Source of the DNA: Chiloscyllium plagiosum
Taxonomy: Eukaryota
Assembly: GCF_004010195.1 (NCBI RefSeq)
Contig: NC_057719.1
Span: 25,993,641-26,057,640, forward strand
Direction of reading: 5' to 3'
DNA length: 64,000 nt
Shown here: one piece after another, positions 37,020 through 50,043 of the stretch
Position numbering within the stretch: the stretch's first letter is position 1
Layout of the letters: each line of letters opens with the position of its first letter
Translations under genes and position numbers: made by a program
Notes under the pieces: model-generated
What the model saw: the letters and a program-made list of their open reading frames with translations, nothing else
Database searches by the model: none
Told to the model about the DNA's origin: nothing

Positions 37020-38400
37020 CAATGTGTGGCACAAAGATTGGTTAAAAGTGAATTCTGGCTTTCTGGGCACTGGCAATCATATTGGGTAAAGTGGGTTGTA
37101 CCACTAATTATACCTGAACTATGCTGGAACCAGAGTTCTGTCACATACTGGAGCAATAAAGTACTGGTACTAAATTCCAGAGGAAGTACTGAGAGCACAG
37201 GGTCAAATTTGGGAAGATGTAGTAAATCAAAGAGTAGAGGCAGGAAAGAGAGAAAAAAACAAATAGACAAATACATTAATATTAGAAATGATAAATAGAC
37301 CATAAATGGAAAACGATATTGAGTATAAATCTGAATCAGCAGATAATGATCGAGGTGCCAAAGGTAATAAAAGGACAAAACTAAAGGTTCTATATCTGAA
37401 TGCATTTAAGTATTCAAAACAAATCACAGAACTCAAATAGAAATAAATAAGCATGAACTGATAGCTATTACAGAGACAAGGCTATAGGATGTCATAAGTT
37501 GGGACCGGAATATTGAAGGGCACAGACAAGAAGCTCAGAAAAAGTAGAGGATGGCTCTGTTAATTAATGCTGGTTAAAGAGGAATGGGAAACCACAATTT
37601 CGAAGCAGTTTAGGTAGAGATGGGAAATGATAAAACCAAGAATTTGCCTGTGGGAGTGCTTTTCAGGATCCATAACGGTAACCACACAGTAGGACAGAGT
37701 ATAAAGGAAGAAATAATAGATTAATTTACCGGGAAAAACTTGAGGATGAGAGCACCACATCTTAGGAAGAAGATATGTCCTCTGAGAGAATATAATGTAG
37801 ATTTACAAGAATTATACTTGAATTTGCCTGTGGGAGTGCTTTTCAGGATCCATAACAGTAACCACACAGTAGGACAGAGTATAAAGGAAGAAATAATAGA
37901 TTAATATACCGGGAAAAACTTGAGGATGAGAGCACCACATCTTAGGAAGAAGATATGTCCTCTGAGAGAATATAATGTAGATTTACAAGAATTATACTTG
38001 GACTTCAGGGGTTAAGGTATGAGGCTTTTTCTCCACAACTTAGAAGGTTAAGGGGTGATTTGATCAAAGACTTCAAGATATTAACAGGAAAACACAAGGT
38101 AAGTAAAGATAAACTATTTTGACTGATTGGAGATTCTAGAATTAGGGGCATAGTTTAAAAATTAGGACCATACTGTTCAGAAGAGATGATTGGGAGCACT
38201 TCCACACATAAAGAGTGGTAGAGATTTGGAGATGATGCTCCTTCAGTTGTTTATTTTAAATCTGCAAGAGATTATTTTTATTCTGTAAAGATAATAAGGT
38301 ATATGGGCCAAAGACAGGTATATGGAGTTAGGACACTGATCAGCCATGCTGGAACAGGCTCGAGGGGCTGAATGGCCTACTCCTGCTCCTGTGTTGCTAT
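37020..38400 (+). mobile_element. Old internally deleted CR1 (ORF1 end, ORF2 start, 3' end)
   Basis: GHWQSYW (ORF1-like), aaggttctatatctgaatgca (ORF2 start motif LYLNA), gatagctattacagagac (IAITET), and the CR1 3' UTR at 38320-38400. Confidence 0.65.
37640..37999 (+). repeat. Tandem duplication, 2 x 180 bp
   Basis: 37640-37819 and 37820-37999 differ at two positions that I can see. Confidence 0.95.
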
Positions 38401-38799
38401 GAGAGCAAGCTTGCTAAAACATAAATAAAACCAAACATAAAAACTGTAAGAATTTCTATCAATACATAAAAATTGACTGAACAATGTGAGCATTGATCTT
38501 TTACTAAGTGAGTCTGGGAGATTAATAATGAAAATTAAGAAAATGGCAGAACAATTGAACAGATCATTTGCACTTGTCTCCCAAACAGAGGTCACAAACA
38601 ATTTCCAGGAAATAGCTGTAAATCAGGAAATGGAAGGGATGAAGAAAGGAATTTGAAGAAGTTACAATAACCAGGGAAATGTAATTGAACGATCTGTAGA
38701 TGTTGTTTGATGGCTAACTCTTCAGCTCTTGCTGAACTTCGACAATCTCACAAGACGTGTGTAAGAACCTGGGATAATGTGTTAATTTTACATTTCCAA

Positions 38800-39238
38800 A
38801 ATCCATGAGGTGACCCTGGTGGGGACCTGCATCTCAGAGATGGAAGCTTCTTGTTGCAGCAGACCAAGTGGAAGTGGCCTTTTCTCCTGCAGGCTGGCAG
38901 TCTGCACTGTTGGCAGGGTGTACTTCACACCAATGGGCTCTTCTGGTGCCACATCTGGTACATGATGCATAGAAGTCTTGGTGCCCTCTTCTGGGCATGG
39001 CTGGGTATTGTTGGGCATATTGAACATTTAATGAACTGTACAAACTCCACAAAAAGGTCAAATGAATCTCGTTTCCCTCTAACTCTAGCTTTCACCACTT
39101 GTAATTGAGCTACATACATTATGTACCGGACAGAGAGCGATCCCTGCATGATTGTATTGGAGCAAGCCCTTCTACTCATGACCTGATATCACTTCCTTTG
39201 ATGATATCATCTATTGGTAGCTCCTGCTTTGTACAACA
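38800..39238 (-). mobile_element. Gypsy-type LTR retrotransposon relic: short 5' LTR, PBS, decayed gag
   Basis: Minus strand: TGTTGTAC...ACA (39238-39100), then ag-TGGTGA (PBS-like), then GKRDSFDLFVEFVQFIK (gag N-terminus-like). A decayed double zinc knuckle follows (CTRCGTRRAH...PANSADCQ-CRRK-HFHLVC across frameshifts). Confidence 0.6.
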
Positions 39239-39249
39239 ATGATATAAAT

Positions 39250-39400
39250 TATAAGGAGACACTGGATAGGCTGGGACACTTTTCCCTGGAGTATAGGAGG
39301 TTGAGAGTGCAGACAGGTGAGACTAGTTTGGGATTATGTTCGGAATGACTTGTTGGACCAAAGGATCTATTTCTGTGCCTTATGATTGTGACTCTATGAT
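39250..39400 (+). mobile_element. Short CR1 3' fragment
   Basis: tataaggagacactggataggctgggac...tatgattgtgactctatga. Confidence 0.6.
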
Positions 39401-40210
39401 AAGCATATGTTATGCATGTAAGTGCACAGTAGGACTGATTTATGATATGAAGTTCAGAAGTTTGAACTATGTCTTTCTTTATATTGAAAGGGTGTTTGGA
39501 AGTCAGTAACTAACCGCAGATGATCTTTCTATGCCTCCTTGCTAAAATGTTGCCTCCTTAAGTAAGTTTCTTCTGGTATATCTCAGAATTGGTCAGGAAG
39601 GAGAGTTCCTCTTCTTCTCGTTTAGTGTAACTTTGTCCTGTATGCATCTCTCATGTCTTCGCCTCACTGCATTAGATTTGTCTGTATCATAAGGATAAAT
39701 GTGAATGGTCATATTGAAGGACATGGTAGGTCTCCATAGCAGGGGCAGACAGTTAGCAACTGTAAAGATGGAAGATAACCTGTGCTTCACTGACACTGGA
39801 GATGACACAAAGTATCTGCTCCATAAAAAAGAGAATCGCAGACATTATAAACTGACCTAATTATACAACTCTAAAATGCCCTGAGTTGTTATCAAGAAGG
39901 AAGTTGATATATCTTTTGTGTTTAAAGCAACTAAGGTGTATGGGGGATGGGAGGTTGAGGATATTGAGCTTGATGGTAATGGTGACGCAACTGTAATGGG
40001 TTGAATGGCGTGCTCCTGCTCATATCTTCGATGTTTCTGTGTACAGAAAAATATTCCTTTGCTTGAAACTGTTGACAGGCAGTTTGCAGAAACCTTTCTA
40101 AATAGCACAGCTGAGAGAAGGACTTATAATGACTCCAGTCAACATTAATATTTCATACAAAGTTTGTCAATTATGTTACTGCTCCTTGGTTTGACAAGCT
40201 GGTGCTCCAT

Positions 40211-40504
40211 GGACAGCACGGTGGCACAGTGGTTAGCACTGCTGCCTCACACCGCCAGAGACCTGGGTTCAATTCCCACTTCAAGCAACTGTCTGTGTGG
40301 AGTTTGCACATTCTCCCCGTGTCTGCGTGGGTTTGCTCCGGTTTCCTCCCACAGTCCAAAAATGTGCAGGTTAGGTGAATTGGCCATGCTAAATTGCCCA
40401 TAGTGTTAGATGTAGGGGAATGGGTCTGGGTGGGTTGCTCTTCGGAGGGTCAGTGTGGGCTGAAGGGCCTGTTTCCACACTGTAAGTAATGTAATCTAAT
40501 CTAT
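40211..40504 (+). mobile_element. HE1-like V-SINE
   Basis: ggacagcacggtggcacagtggttagcactgctgcctcac, V-domain, tail ccacactgtaagtaatgtaatctaatct. Confidence 0.9.
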
Positions 40505-42305
40505 CTTCTTTCACCATGTTAGGTTAATTCAGGTGCAAGTCAGATAAAAATGCTCGAAGGTCTTGGACAGCAAGCTTTGCCCTTCCAACTCACCAAATCC
40601 TGTCCTTCCGATGTAGGACAGCATAATATTTGCTCCAAAAGGATCAAAGGATTTCAGCCTAGAATAGACTAGACTTTTCAAAATGAATACAAAATCTCAA
40701 GGTTCAGTACTGTGTTTGAAATTTGCAAAGAAAACCATTTCATGCATCAAGGAAGTGCAGCCTAGTTTGTGCATTTTGGATAATTTACTTCAGTAAATGA
40801 AGATTCTTATATTGTACCTGCGTCTTTGCTTCCTGATAAAATGTCTACTTTTTTTTTAGTGTAAAAGTACTGTTCTATAGCTGCCTTCCTGCCTAATGTA
40901 TCAAATCACCCGTGGGACTGGGCAGAGTGGAATGCAGAAACACTTCAGGCTCCTTCTCAGCTACATAATCAGTGCTACTGTTAGTCTTACGGTCCGAATG
41001 TCAGTATATCTTTAATGAAATGCTCATGGTATCATCACGATTTCACAGCATGAGCTCGGTGGGTATAAAGATCTCACACTCTATTTTATCTGGGATCTCT
41101 TGAAGAATGACACTACTGGAAGCATGCTGCTTAATGCTGTTTTATTGTAATATAATAGCTTAATATCAACTGATACATAGGTACCTGAGAAAGGTAATGC
41201 TTGAGTATAACAGCTGGCTGTAATAAACATGTTTATTACATGTTCCATGATATCCACGCCGAGTTTCTTATGGTACGAGAGATGGCATAAGCATTGCCAT
41301 GTCAGGTAAAATAGCCAGCTGGAGGCAAAAACCATATTTGCTACCAGCTCACGTTATAAAACATTTTCTGAGTATAACCCCAAGTCCTCTAGCTGTGCTC
41401 TTGGTCTTTGGCCAAAAGCAATTCCACATAGGCCACCTTAATGTATGTACAGAAGTCTTGTCATAAGTGTATGTTCAATTTAAATGAAAAGTGTTGAGCA
41501 CACTGAAGGTCCTAAGAGGCTCAAGACAGCTTCCTTGCTAACTCCGAGAACGTCTGTCACAGATTTCTTTCCAAATCTGTGCAATTGTGATGCACAATGC
41601 CTCTTCATCTCCTCACTCCAGCATTCTCCTATACCAAGTAAAGAATGCCTCATCTTTCAGTCCAAAATACCATGGAGTGAAGGAACAGTAAACCCATCTT
41701 TTGGTGAGGGGGGGGGACGGGGGGGGGACGGGGGGGTGGTGGTGAGTTCAAAGGACATTTGGCTTAATAAATATTAATTGCTGTCTTGGAACTTCCTCTT
41801 TAGTCTCTCCCTACCTCTTGGAATGAGCCTCAATAACCCATTCATTTACATCATTAAAACCAGAGGGAACAAAAAGAAACCTAATTCCCTGTCTAAACTG
41901 GAAACCAGGTGACAACAGTTGGGAAAAGTAAATGCAATATTTATGTACAGTGTATGCTAACTTTTAGATCACGAATGCAAAGGCATAGCTTAATAATTTT
42001 CAGTTGCAACAATTAACCTGAAATGTAAGATTTATAGTTGATCTCCCCTGCAGGAAAGGTCTCCTATTTTGCTCAGTAACAGCTTCTGCTTTCTCATCAG
42101 TTGTAGCGCTGAGGTGGTACTGTCCTATTTGAGTAATTATAGCTTATATCAGGGGACTGAGGATGGGTAACTGAAGATGGACAAGTCAATTAAATGGCAA
42201 ACCCAACAATTAAATGGCAAATTCTCAAACATTGAGTAAACAGGAGTCTCTTACCACAGTAATTACTGTCTGCTAGTTTCTCCAACTAGCTTTTAAAAAT
42301 CCTTG

Positions 42306-43109
42306 TGTGACAATGTACCCTTCAGAATTATAATAACTGTTTATGGATTCAAAAAATCAACAAAGATAAACTGTTACATACGGATTCAAAGGAGCTGCAA
42401 TAACTCTTTTTGAAATAAACTGTTTCTTATGATGAAAGGAACAGCGAGAAACTGTCATGAAAAGAGTTACAGCAACATGTGAATTCACCGTGCCTGAGAA
42501 GAAGGAGTTAACAGCCACTTCCTGGGAGAGAGGAATAAACCACTGCTTGATAATCTGCTGCATCATGACAAATAAGCAATTAGACCTGTCTGAAGAAGTA
42601 ATGTTCTGAGTAAAAGGGTTAATTGCAGGAAAAAGGCTGTGCTTTAAACAGACAGCTAACCCCAACTGTGGGAAAGGAACAAAGGAGTTGTTTCTGATGA
42701 GAGTGCAAGTTGCAGACTTGAGCTCTCCGAAAATATTGGGGATGAAAGAATCTAAAAGTTATCAATAATATCAAATTATGTACAAATTTGAAAGAGAGAA
42801 AACTGTATTAGAATCTAACACCAGAACAACTCAACAACAGAACTTCAAAGAACAAAACTGTGCAAGGACTGAACACTGGAGACTGTCCCCCAGAAGCAGA
42901 CTATCGTTGGTTGACATCCTGGCCAGATTTCACCTTTAATCTGGCAATAGCTAAATTAGGTCGCAGGCTTATAATTGTTTATTTGAGGGGTTTCAATAAA
43001 GCTTAAACCATTGTTTCAGTACTTGATTGTCTGTGGGAATTTTTTATAATCTAATCTAATCTAATAAGTAGCCGAATGAAAGGTAACGAGTGGTGATTTC
43101 ACCATAACA
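42306..43109 (+). mobile_element. Solo LTR
   Basis: TGTGACA...CCATAACA termini, AATAAA at about 42995, flanks cttg/ctta (4-bp target duplication, one mismatch). Confidence 0.65.
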
Positions 43110-43702
43110 CTTACCTATCAAAGATAATCGGTTTCAACATAATTGGTGACCAAAGGACAGGGCAAAAAAAACAAATTTAAACAGGATTGATGATTAAATG
43201 AGCAACGGAAACCAACATTTTAATTACATGATACAACAATTAGGTTCCTTCACTTCATGTTAAGTCATAGAATCAGGCAGCACAGAAGGCAGCCAAATGG
43301 TCCATCTGACTTGTGACAGTTCATTTAAAGAGTTATCAAATTAGTCCCAATCCCACTGCACCTTACCTCCCCCAGCCCAACTTCTTCCTTGTGCCAAGAA
43401 TGGCTCTGGCTCTAAAAAAAACCCTCCATTTAATGGTGCAACACCAGAGAGCATCTTTTCACTAGTACTGCTGATACATCTCTAATAGTGAAATTCACTT
43501 AGAATCATAGAATTGTACGGCACTTAGTGTCACATCCACATCATCTCCCTGCAGACCTGAACATTCTTCCTTTTCAGATAATAATCAAACTCTCTCTTAA
43601 ATGCCTCAACTGAAAATGTCTCCACCACATTCTCAGGCAGTGCATTCTGTGACTTCTGACGTGGAAGTTTAAATTTAGTTCTTGAGTTCAACTCAAGGAG
43701 AG

Positions 43703-44048
43703 ATGATGGCTTAGTGGTATTATCACTGGACTGTTAATCCAGAGACCCAGGTAATGTTCTTGGGAGCTGGGTTTGAATCCCACCATGGCAGATGGTGGAA
43801 TTCGAATTCAATAAAAATCTGGAATTAAATGCCCAGAGTCTAATGATGACCATGTGTTGATTGTCAATAAAAATCCATCTAGTTCACTAATGTCCTTTAG
43901 GGAAGGAAACAGCCACCCTTACCTGCTCTGGCCTACATGTGAGTCCAGAGCCATGTGGTTGACTCTTAACTGCCTTCTGGGCAATTAAGGATGGGCAATA
44001 AATTCTGGCCTCACCAGCGATGCCCTAATCCTGTGAATGAATAAAAAA
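43703..44048 (+). mobile_element. tRNA-derived SINE, full length
   Basis: A box-like tggcttagtgg, B box-like ggtttgaatccc, and a tail gggcaataaat...ccagcgatgccc...gaatgaataaaaaa shared with LINE 3' ends in the window. Confidence 0.85.
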
Positions 44049-44304
44049 GGTTTGTGGTCAACTGCAGATCAGCGACGAAACAGAATGTTCATTATCATTC
44101 AAACTGGTGTCTGATCAGCAACATGATTGTGTTAAGAGCCAAATATTAAATGCAGACATTTTATTGCCACATAAAGCTGCAGGAAGTCCTTGTGAATCAT
44201 TTGCGGGCTCATCCATTCCAGTCGAGCTTTGTCTAGCCATCTGTAGGTGATGCAGGAGCTCCAGCTCCAGGTTAGTGGCAAGCATTAGCACAGAAAGAAC
44301 ATCG

Positions 44305-44770
44305 AGTCATACAGTCATACAGCATGGAAACACACCCGCCAATCCAACTCACCCGTGCCAACCAGACAATCTAAACTGATCTAGTCCCAATTGTCTGCTT
44401 CATGCCCATATCTCTCTAAACCCTTCCTTTTCATATACCCATCCAGATGTCTTTTAAATGTCGTAATTGTACCCGCCTCCAATACCTCCTCTGGAATCTC
44501 GTTCCCTACATGCAGCACCCTCTGGTCCATTTTAAATCTTTCCCCTTTCTCCTTAAATCTATGTCATCTAGTTTTGGACTTCCCCACCCTAGGAAAAAGA
44601 CATTAGCTGTTCACCCAATCCTTGCCCTTCATGATTTAAAAACCTTTATAAGGTTGGCCCTTAGGTTCCAAGGCTCCAGGGAAAAAGGCCTCAGCCTATT
44701 CAGCCTCTCCCTATAACTCAAACTCTCCAGTCCCTGCAATATCCTTGTAAATCATTTCTGCACCTTCTCA
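44305..44770 (-). mobile_element. CR1 3' fragment
   Basis: Reverse complement of the CR1 3' end seen at 50270-50726 (gagtcatacagtcatac tail). Confidence 0.85.
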
Positions 44771-45439
44771 AAATGAACAACATTCATTGTTTCCTTTGTC
44801 AACAAGGAAACCAGCTGAGTACATCAGCCAATATCATCGAGTACCAATATTAACATTTCTGTAATTTATCTAATTTAACTAATTTTAGAATACATCTTGC
44901 AAGTACACCTTTAGATTTAACTGTAAGAACAGAAGGCTTATCTCTGTACGTGTGTCTGCCCAGCTTACAGTCACAATCTTGCCTGTTTTTAGGAATCCCG
45001 ATTGGATTCTCCTCAGCTGCACATCCATTGGTGGAATTGTGACAAAGTGGGACAGCTGGCGTCCAACCACAAGAGCACGAACACCACACCACCATACATC
45101 TGCAGCTTCACTCAATTTCGCGTATTGTGGGCAGGTTTAGTCAATGGAAAAGTGTTCATGCAGAGAGCTCACTGGAGAATGGTAAATACTGCACCACTCT
45201 GAAGTTTAAGTATCAGCAGCAACTAATGAGCTTGGCAATTTTGGTGGTTGGCTCACCCCTGATGTCAACATGACCATGGACCTGAAAAAGTCCAAAGTCA
45301 GGTGGACAGCACTTTTTGGCACTGACATACACAAGACTCCATAGAGAAGAGTGACAATATTGCAGATGATGATCTCTTTCTGGACAGCAATATGATCTAA
45401 AACAGCTGATGTTAAATGGAATACATACTTCAGAGCCAG

Positions 45440-45640
45440 TTTCCACCAGAGGACATGGGTTCAAGTCCCACTTGCTCCGGAGATGTGTCACGACAAGTCT
45501 GAACAGGTTGGATCAGTTTCTGAGCCAGTTTTGGAGCCAGTTCTAGGGACCATTGCAGTCCAGTGGCAATGTCCCTCCATCTGGGACAGGAGACACAGGT
45601 TCAAGTGCCACTGGCTCCTGATATGTGTCATAATCAATCT
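45440..45640 (+). mobile_element. Two short tRNA-derived SINE-like fragments (third copy inverted at about 46693-46780)
   Basis: ggttcaagt[c/g]ccact...gatgtgtca[c/t] occurs twice, and a reverse-complement copy lies at 46693-46780. Confidence 0.5.
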
Positions 45641-46145
45641 ATTACAGAGATGTTAAAATCAATCTAGAACCAGTTTCTCGTGTGCAGTTATAGCCATGCC
45701 TGGATGCCCGTGAAGACGGAGTATAGAGTGTCCTTAAAACACATTGGGGTAGGTGGACATGAGGACTGAGATGCAGCAACATCACCACCAATACCATTTT
45801 GGTTTAGATATCCCAGCCTTCTGTGTTCTCCCTTTTAATATTATTGTTAGTTTCTGAGACACGCCCTGGTGGGCATTATTTGAGGTTTGAAGTAGGGTTA
45901 TTGATATTTTTAAGAAAAGGTTTCCTGCCAGCTGTTAACTTGGTTAGGGGTGTTATTCTCCCTTTGTAATAAGTGAGTGTGCAAGAGTTCCCAAGTTCAA
46001 ATCCTGGTTGAGCTCTCACATGAAGTCTGTTGTCACACTGACTCTGGTGGGCAGTACTTGCTACTTGTTATGTTTATTCAACAAAAAAGAAAATAACTAG
46101 CTTCCCCTGGAGTAGAGGAACTGTTCAGTAGAAGAATAAAACAGT

Positions 46146-46465
46146 GGGTAGCATGGTGGCTTAGTGGTTAGCACTGCAACCTCACAGTGTCAGGGAAACG
46201 GGTTCGAAACCAGCCTCGGGTGACTGTCTGTGTGAAGTTTGCACATTCTCCCTGTGTCTGCGTGGGTTTCCTCCGGGTGCTCTGGTTTCCTCCCACAGTC
46301 CAAAGGTATGCAGGTCAGGTGGATTGGCCATACTAAATTACCCATAATGTTAGGTGCATTGGTCAGAGGGAACTGGGTCTGGGTGGGTTACTCTTCGGAG
46401 GGTCAGTGTGCACTTGTTAGGCTAAATGGCCTGTTTCCACACTGTAAGGAATCTAATCTAGTCTA
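46146..46465 (+). mobile_element. HE1-like V-SINE
   Basis: Same head, V-domain and tail as the other HE1-like copies. Confidence 0.9.
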
Positions 46466-46592
46466 CAGAGCAAGCTTGATTATCCAAACGAGACAGGCAG
46501 GAAGTATTTTGCTCAGATAATCGATCTGATCGTAAACAAAGGAAGCATTTACGGGACCTTGAGCTCTTCTTCGGATAACCGAGGTTGTTCTG
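46466..46592. mobile_element. Tc1/mariner (Tigger/pogo-like) MITE, 127 bp
   Basis: TA|CAGAGCAAGCTTGATTATCCAAA ... TTCGGATAACCGAGGTTGTTCTG|TA: imperfect 23-bp TIRs with a TA duplication. Confidence 0.75.
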
Positions 46593-49189
46593 TACATTAT
46601 GTGGTAGGCTGTGAAGAAAGAGCTACGGTAGACAGACTGGGTCCTGCTTCCTAGTTTACTGGTGGGGATATTTTCAAATGATCTCATTCAGTGATGTTAT
46701 CACACATCTCTGGAGTCAATGGGACTTGAACGCAGACCTTCTGGCTCAGAGGTTTGGACACTGACATTGCACAACAAGTGCTCCCAAAGAAGCTGCATTT
46801 ACATTATCCCCAAAAGCCTACTGAATTGATATGCCCAGGCAGTCTCCCAGCCAAGTGCTGTACTAATCAGGCTATAGTCTGCTTAGTTGTTGAGATCAAA
46901 CATGATTGGGCATTTTTAGACTAGCATGGCTGATGGTACTTTACTCAGTGAACACTTACCAGCCTAACAAACAACAGTTGAGAAGTAAAGAGAGGTTTTG
47001 GAGGCTGCTAGTTCCAATTCCAGTAAATGCCACAAAGCATTTAATGACTATCGGACTGGGCAAGGAAAAGGGGTTCGTAGCAATTTCCAAGAATGCTTTT
47101 TATGAACTGTATATGTCATTCACAACCGTCTCTTTCTATGTGAAAGATATCTGAAGAGTTTATGGAGTATCCTCCACAACTCTACTTCCACAAGCAAGTG
47201 TTCCTTCACTAACATCCTTGTATCTATTGTGTCTGCTAATGGATTTATATACAGTGTTATTGTTTGTGATATGTGCCTGTCAGTTCCATTATTGGCTGAA
47301 ACCAATCACTTGGGCTTTACTGCATCTCTGACTGAAACTAATTCATCCAGTCTACGAGGCTGGATTTCAAAATAGTAACTGGATGAGACCCCAAACCTCC
47401 TCACAAGTATCAAGCAAGGTTTGGCAAACTTGGCGAATGAAGCAACAGAACCTCATAAAGGTGACAGCTGAATGAGAAGTGCTAGCTATGGGCTTCTGAC
47501 CAAACCTGTCTCTTGTTGTTTCGTACTCTATACTGTCCATCAGCAAACTTTCTCAAGAAACTTTACTATCACTCAATTGACTAAAAGTCATGAGGATCTC
47601 AACAACACATATTAACTTTTCTCTTCCTTTGGGAGGTGGTCTTGATTATTATTCTTATGAGTCTAGCTCCTCTCAATACATTAGTGCACATGCCCTTAGC
47701 CATGTTTTGCACCTGAACACCAAGCCCAGAGCCGCAATGACTGAGCCAGAGAAAAGGGATGCTCAGTAACATACAAAGCACGGATGGATAGGGGGAGCAT
47801 GAAACATGGGCAAGGCAAGATACATAGCTGAAGAATTTTCAATTGAGAGGCAAGGTCCATACTTCATGGCTGAAGTAGACAATACTTCATGGATCCTGCT
47901 GCTAAAAAGGATAATTGCAGAGCATTAAGAACTTTTGAATTACGTGCAGGAGTGGTCACTGCCAGATCAATTGGAAAAGTCCACTATTCACATCTGAGAC
48001 ATAGTGAAAAATCATAGTGAAGAATGTATTAAGAAATTATATATAAGCTTCATTGATGTGTGTAACAGTTAACCAGGCCAAGATGCTCCGCATAACTTCC
48101 CAAAAATCATTATAACATTCGTGATGGTAAAGAAAATCATGGAAGAGATTGTGGTTTGGTGCTGTAAGATATACTGCTGTAGAAATCAAGGTGACCAAAT
48201 ACTAGTGTGACAATTTTTAACTCCTACCTGAAGGCATATAGATAGGGCCTAAGATGCCCAGTAAATTGTTTGGCCTTTAGCTGAAGTAATCTTTATCTTC
48301 TGCACCCCATCTGCTCAGTGCTAGTCAGTTGACCAATTGATGGACAACAGAGGGTTTTCAATGACAGATGGTAGTGTCTGAAGACTCAGTGAACTCCTTC
48401 GCATTCTTCTCAGGAAAGCATTGGGAGCAGGAGTCTGAGGTCACTATGGTTGGAAGAAAGAAGCCACTGACAAGAGGAAGGGAAGCAGTGTCGGTCCAAT
48501 TTCCCTTGTTATTTTCAGTTCCTGGTCCTGAATCACCATGGGCCAAAACTAAGCCAAATAAAACTCAATTTTTTGGGGGCCATTCAGAAACAAAGATTTT
48601 AACTGAGCCTTAGGCAAAATACATTTTACATTTCACACTTTTGACAAATAACTTAAGCAGCTGAAAGATTTTTAGTTATTGATATGATAAAGAAAAGAAT
48701 ACACTGACCTGGATAAACATTGGGACATTAAAAATTGTATCAGCGATTTGTTTTGACATTGAAAGTTTTTTTTTTGGTCACATAATTGATGGTTGGTTCC
48801 CTTCACAAATTATTTAAAAAGGAACCTTGTGCTTATCCATTGCAGTAAAGGGCAGCATTTTGCCTCAAACACAATCAATCAAAATAAATACTGAACTGCT
48901 GTGGAAATACAAACTAGGAATTTCAAAGAAAAATGCAAAGCAAGCAAAATATTTAGGTTAAACTATCCCGCTGAGTCTTAATTAAGCAGCCTTTGTCCAT
49001 ATCTGCCATTAGATGTTAATTTTCTGTTTATTACGGTTATATTCGACAGTTTCTACGCTTGAATATTATTTTGTTTCAATAAATAAATAGCAATGTTACA
49101 AAGGAATATATGTAAAGCATTTGTGATAGATTTAAGAGCTAGTGCAAGATCATGAGGAAGTGCAGTAGATAAATCACTATCTTAGGCAA

Positions 49190-49480
49190 TCCTTTAGCAT
49201 CAGGATGACTTGCTTCTACGCCAGTGCAATGGCTGATACATCCAGTGTGTGCTCTGCAGACTGCCACATGTGAGACAAGTGCTTGCAGGGAATAGTTTGC
49301 TGGCTTATAGTCACAGCCACACCCCTGTATGTTCCCTCGAACTGTCTCAATGTGCTCAGTGCCTTCCTTCTGGTATGAACCTTCCCTATTTGTATCAGTT
49401 CCCAGGTAGGGATACCCATGAATCAATAGAGATGTTTGATTTCTACAGGGATGCTTTTGGGGGCATCCCTGAAATGTTTT
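49190..49480 (-). mobile_element. RTE-clade LINE 3' relic
   Basis: Minus strand translates with indels to KHFRDAPKASL*KSNISIDSW..., resembling the RTE C-terminal motif RFKDTLKASLK...W. Confidence 0.5.
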
Positions 49481-49668
49481 CTTATCTGTCAGTATCTAGA
49501 ACAGATTCACTCGAACTTGAATTGCGGCTACCTGGATTGACCTGGGGAAGATGCAGCCTGAAAATTATGTTGAGTCACTTATTAATCCTTTTAGACTGGT
49601 GCTCCAACAGCCATCATCTGAATCAAGGCTGTTAAATGGTCAATGGAACAGACTATTTCAGGTAGGAG

Positions 49669-49866
49669 CTGAAAATGTGTTGCTGGAAAAGCGTAGCAGG
49701 TCAGGCAGCATCCAAGGAGCAGGAGAAAATTCGGGCATAAGCACTTCTTCACGCTTATGCCCGAAACGTCGATTCTCCTGTTCCTTGGATGCTGCCTGAC
49801 CTGCTGCGCTTTTCCAGCAACACATTTTCAGCTCTGATCTCCAGCATCTGCAGTCCTCACTTTCTC
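49669..49866. mobile_element. PLE-derived fold-back insertion
   Basis: Inverted arms meet within the hammerhead region. 12-bp duplication ttcaggtaggag (49657-49668, 49875-49886). Confidence 0.85.
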
Positions 49867-50043
49867 TCAAATACTTCAGGTAGGAGACCAGTATTGACGT
49901 CCTGTAGAATATGCAAAAACGGTTTGTTATGGGCCAGAACAAAACCCCTCAAAATATATTAAGAAGCTTGACTAACCTATTCTTATTTTAAAGGTAAATG
50001 TAAATGGTCGCAGTCCAGATGCAATTCAATTGGTCAAACTACT

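Noticed and set aside
41707..41745. G-rich run able to form a G-quadruplex
   Set aside because: Low-complexity homopolymer tract with no supporting context; its length is also error-prone.
43141..43160. TGGTGACC as a primer-binding site after the 42306 LTR
   Set aside because: It lies about 35 bp beyond the LTR end defined by CCATAACA and the target duplication, and no internal coding sequence follows.
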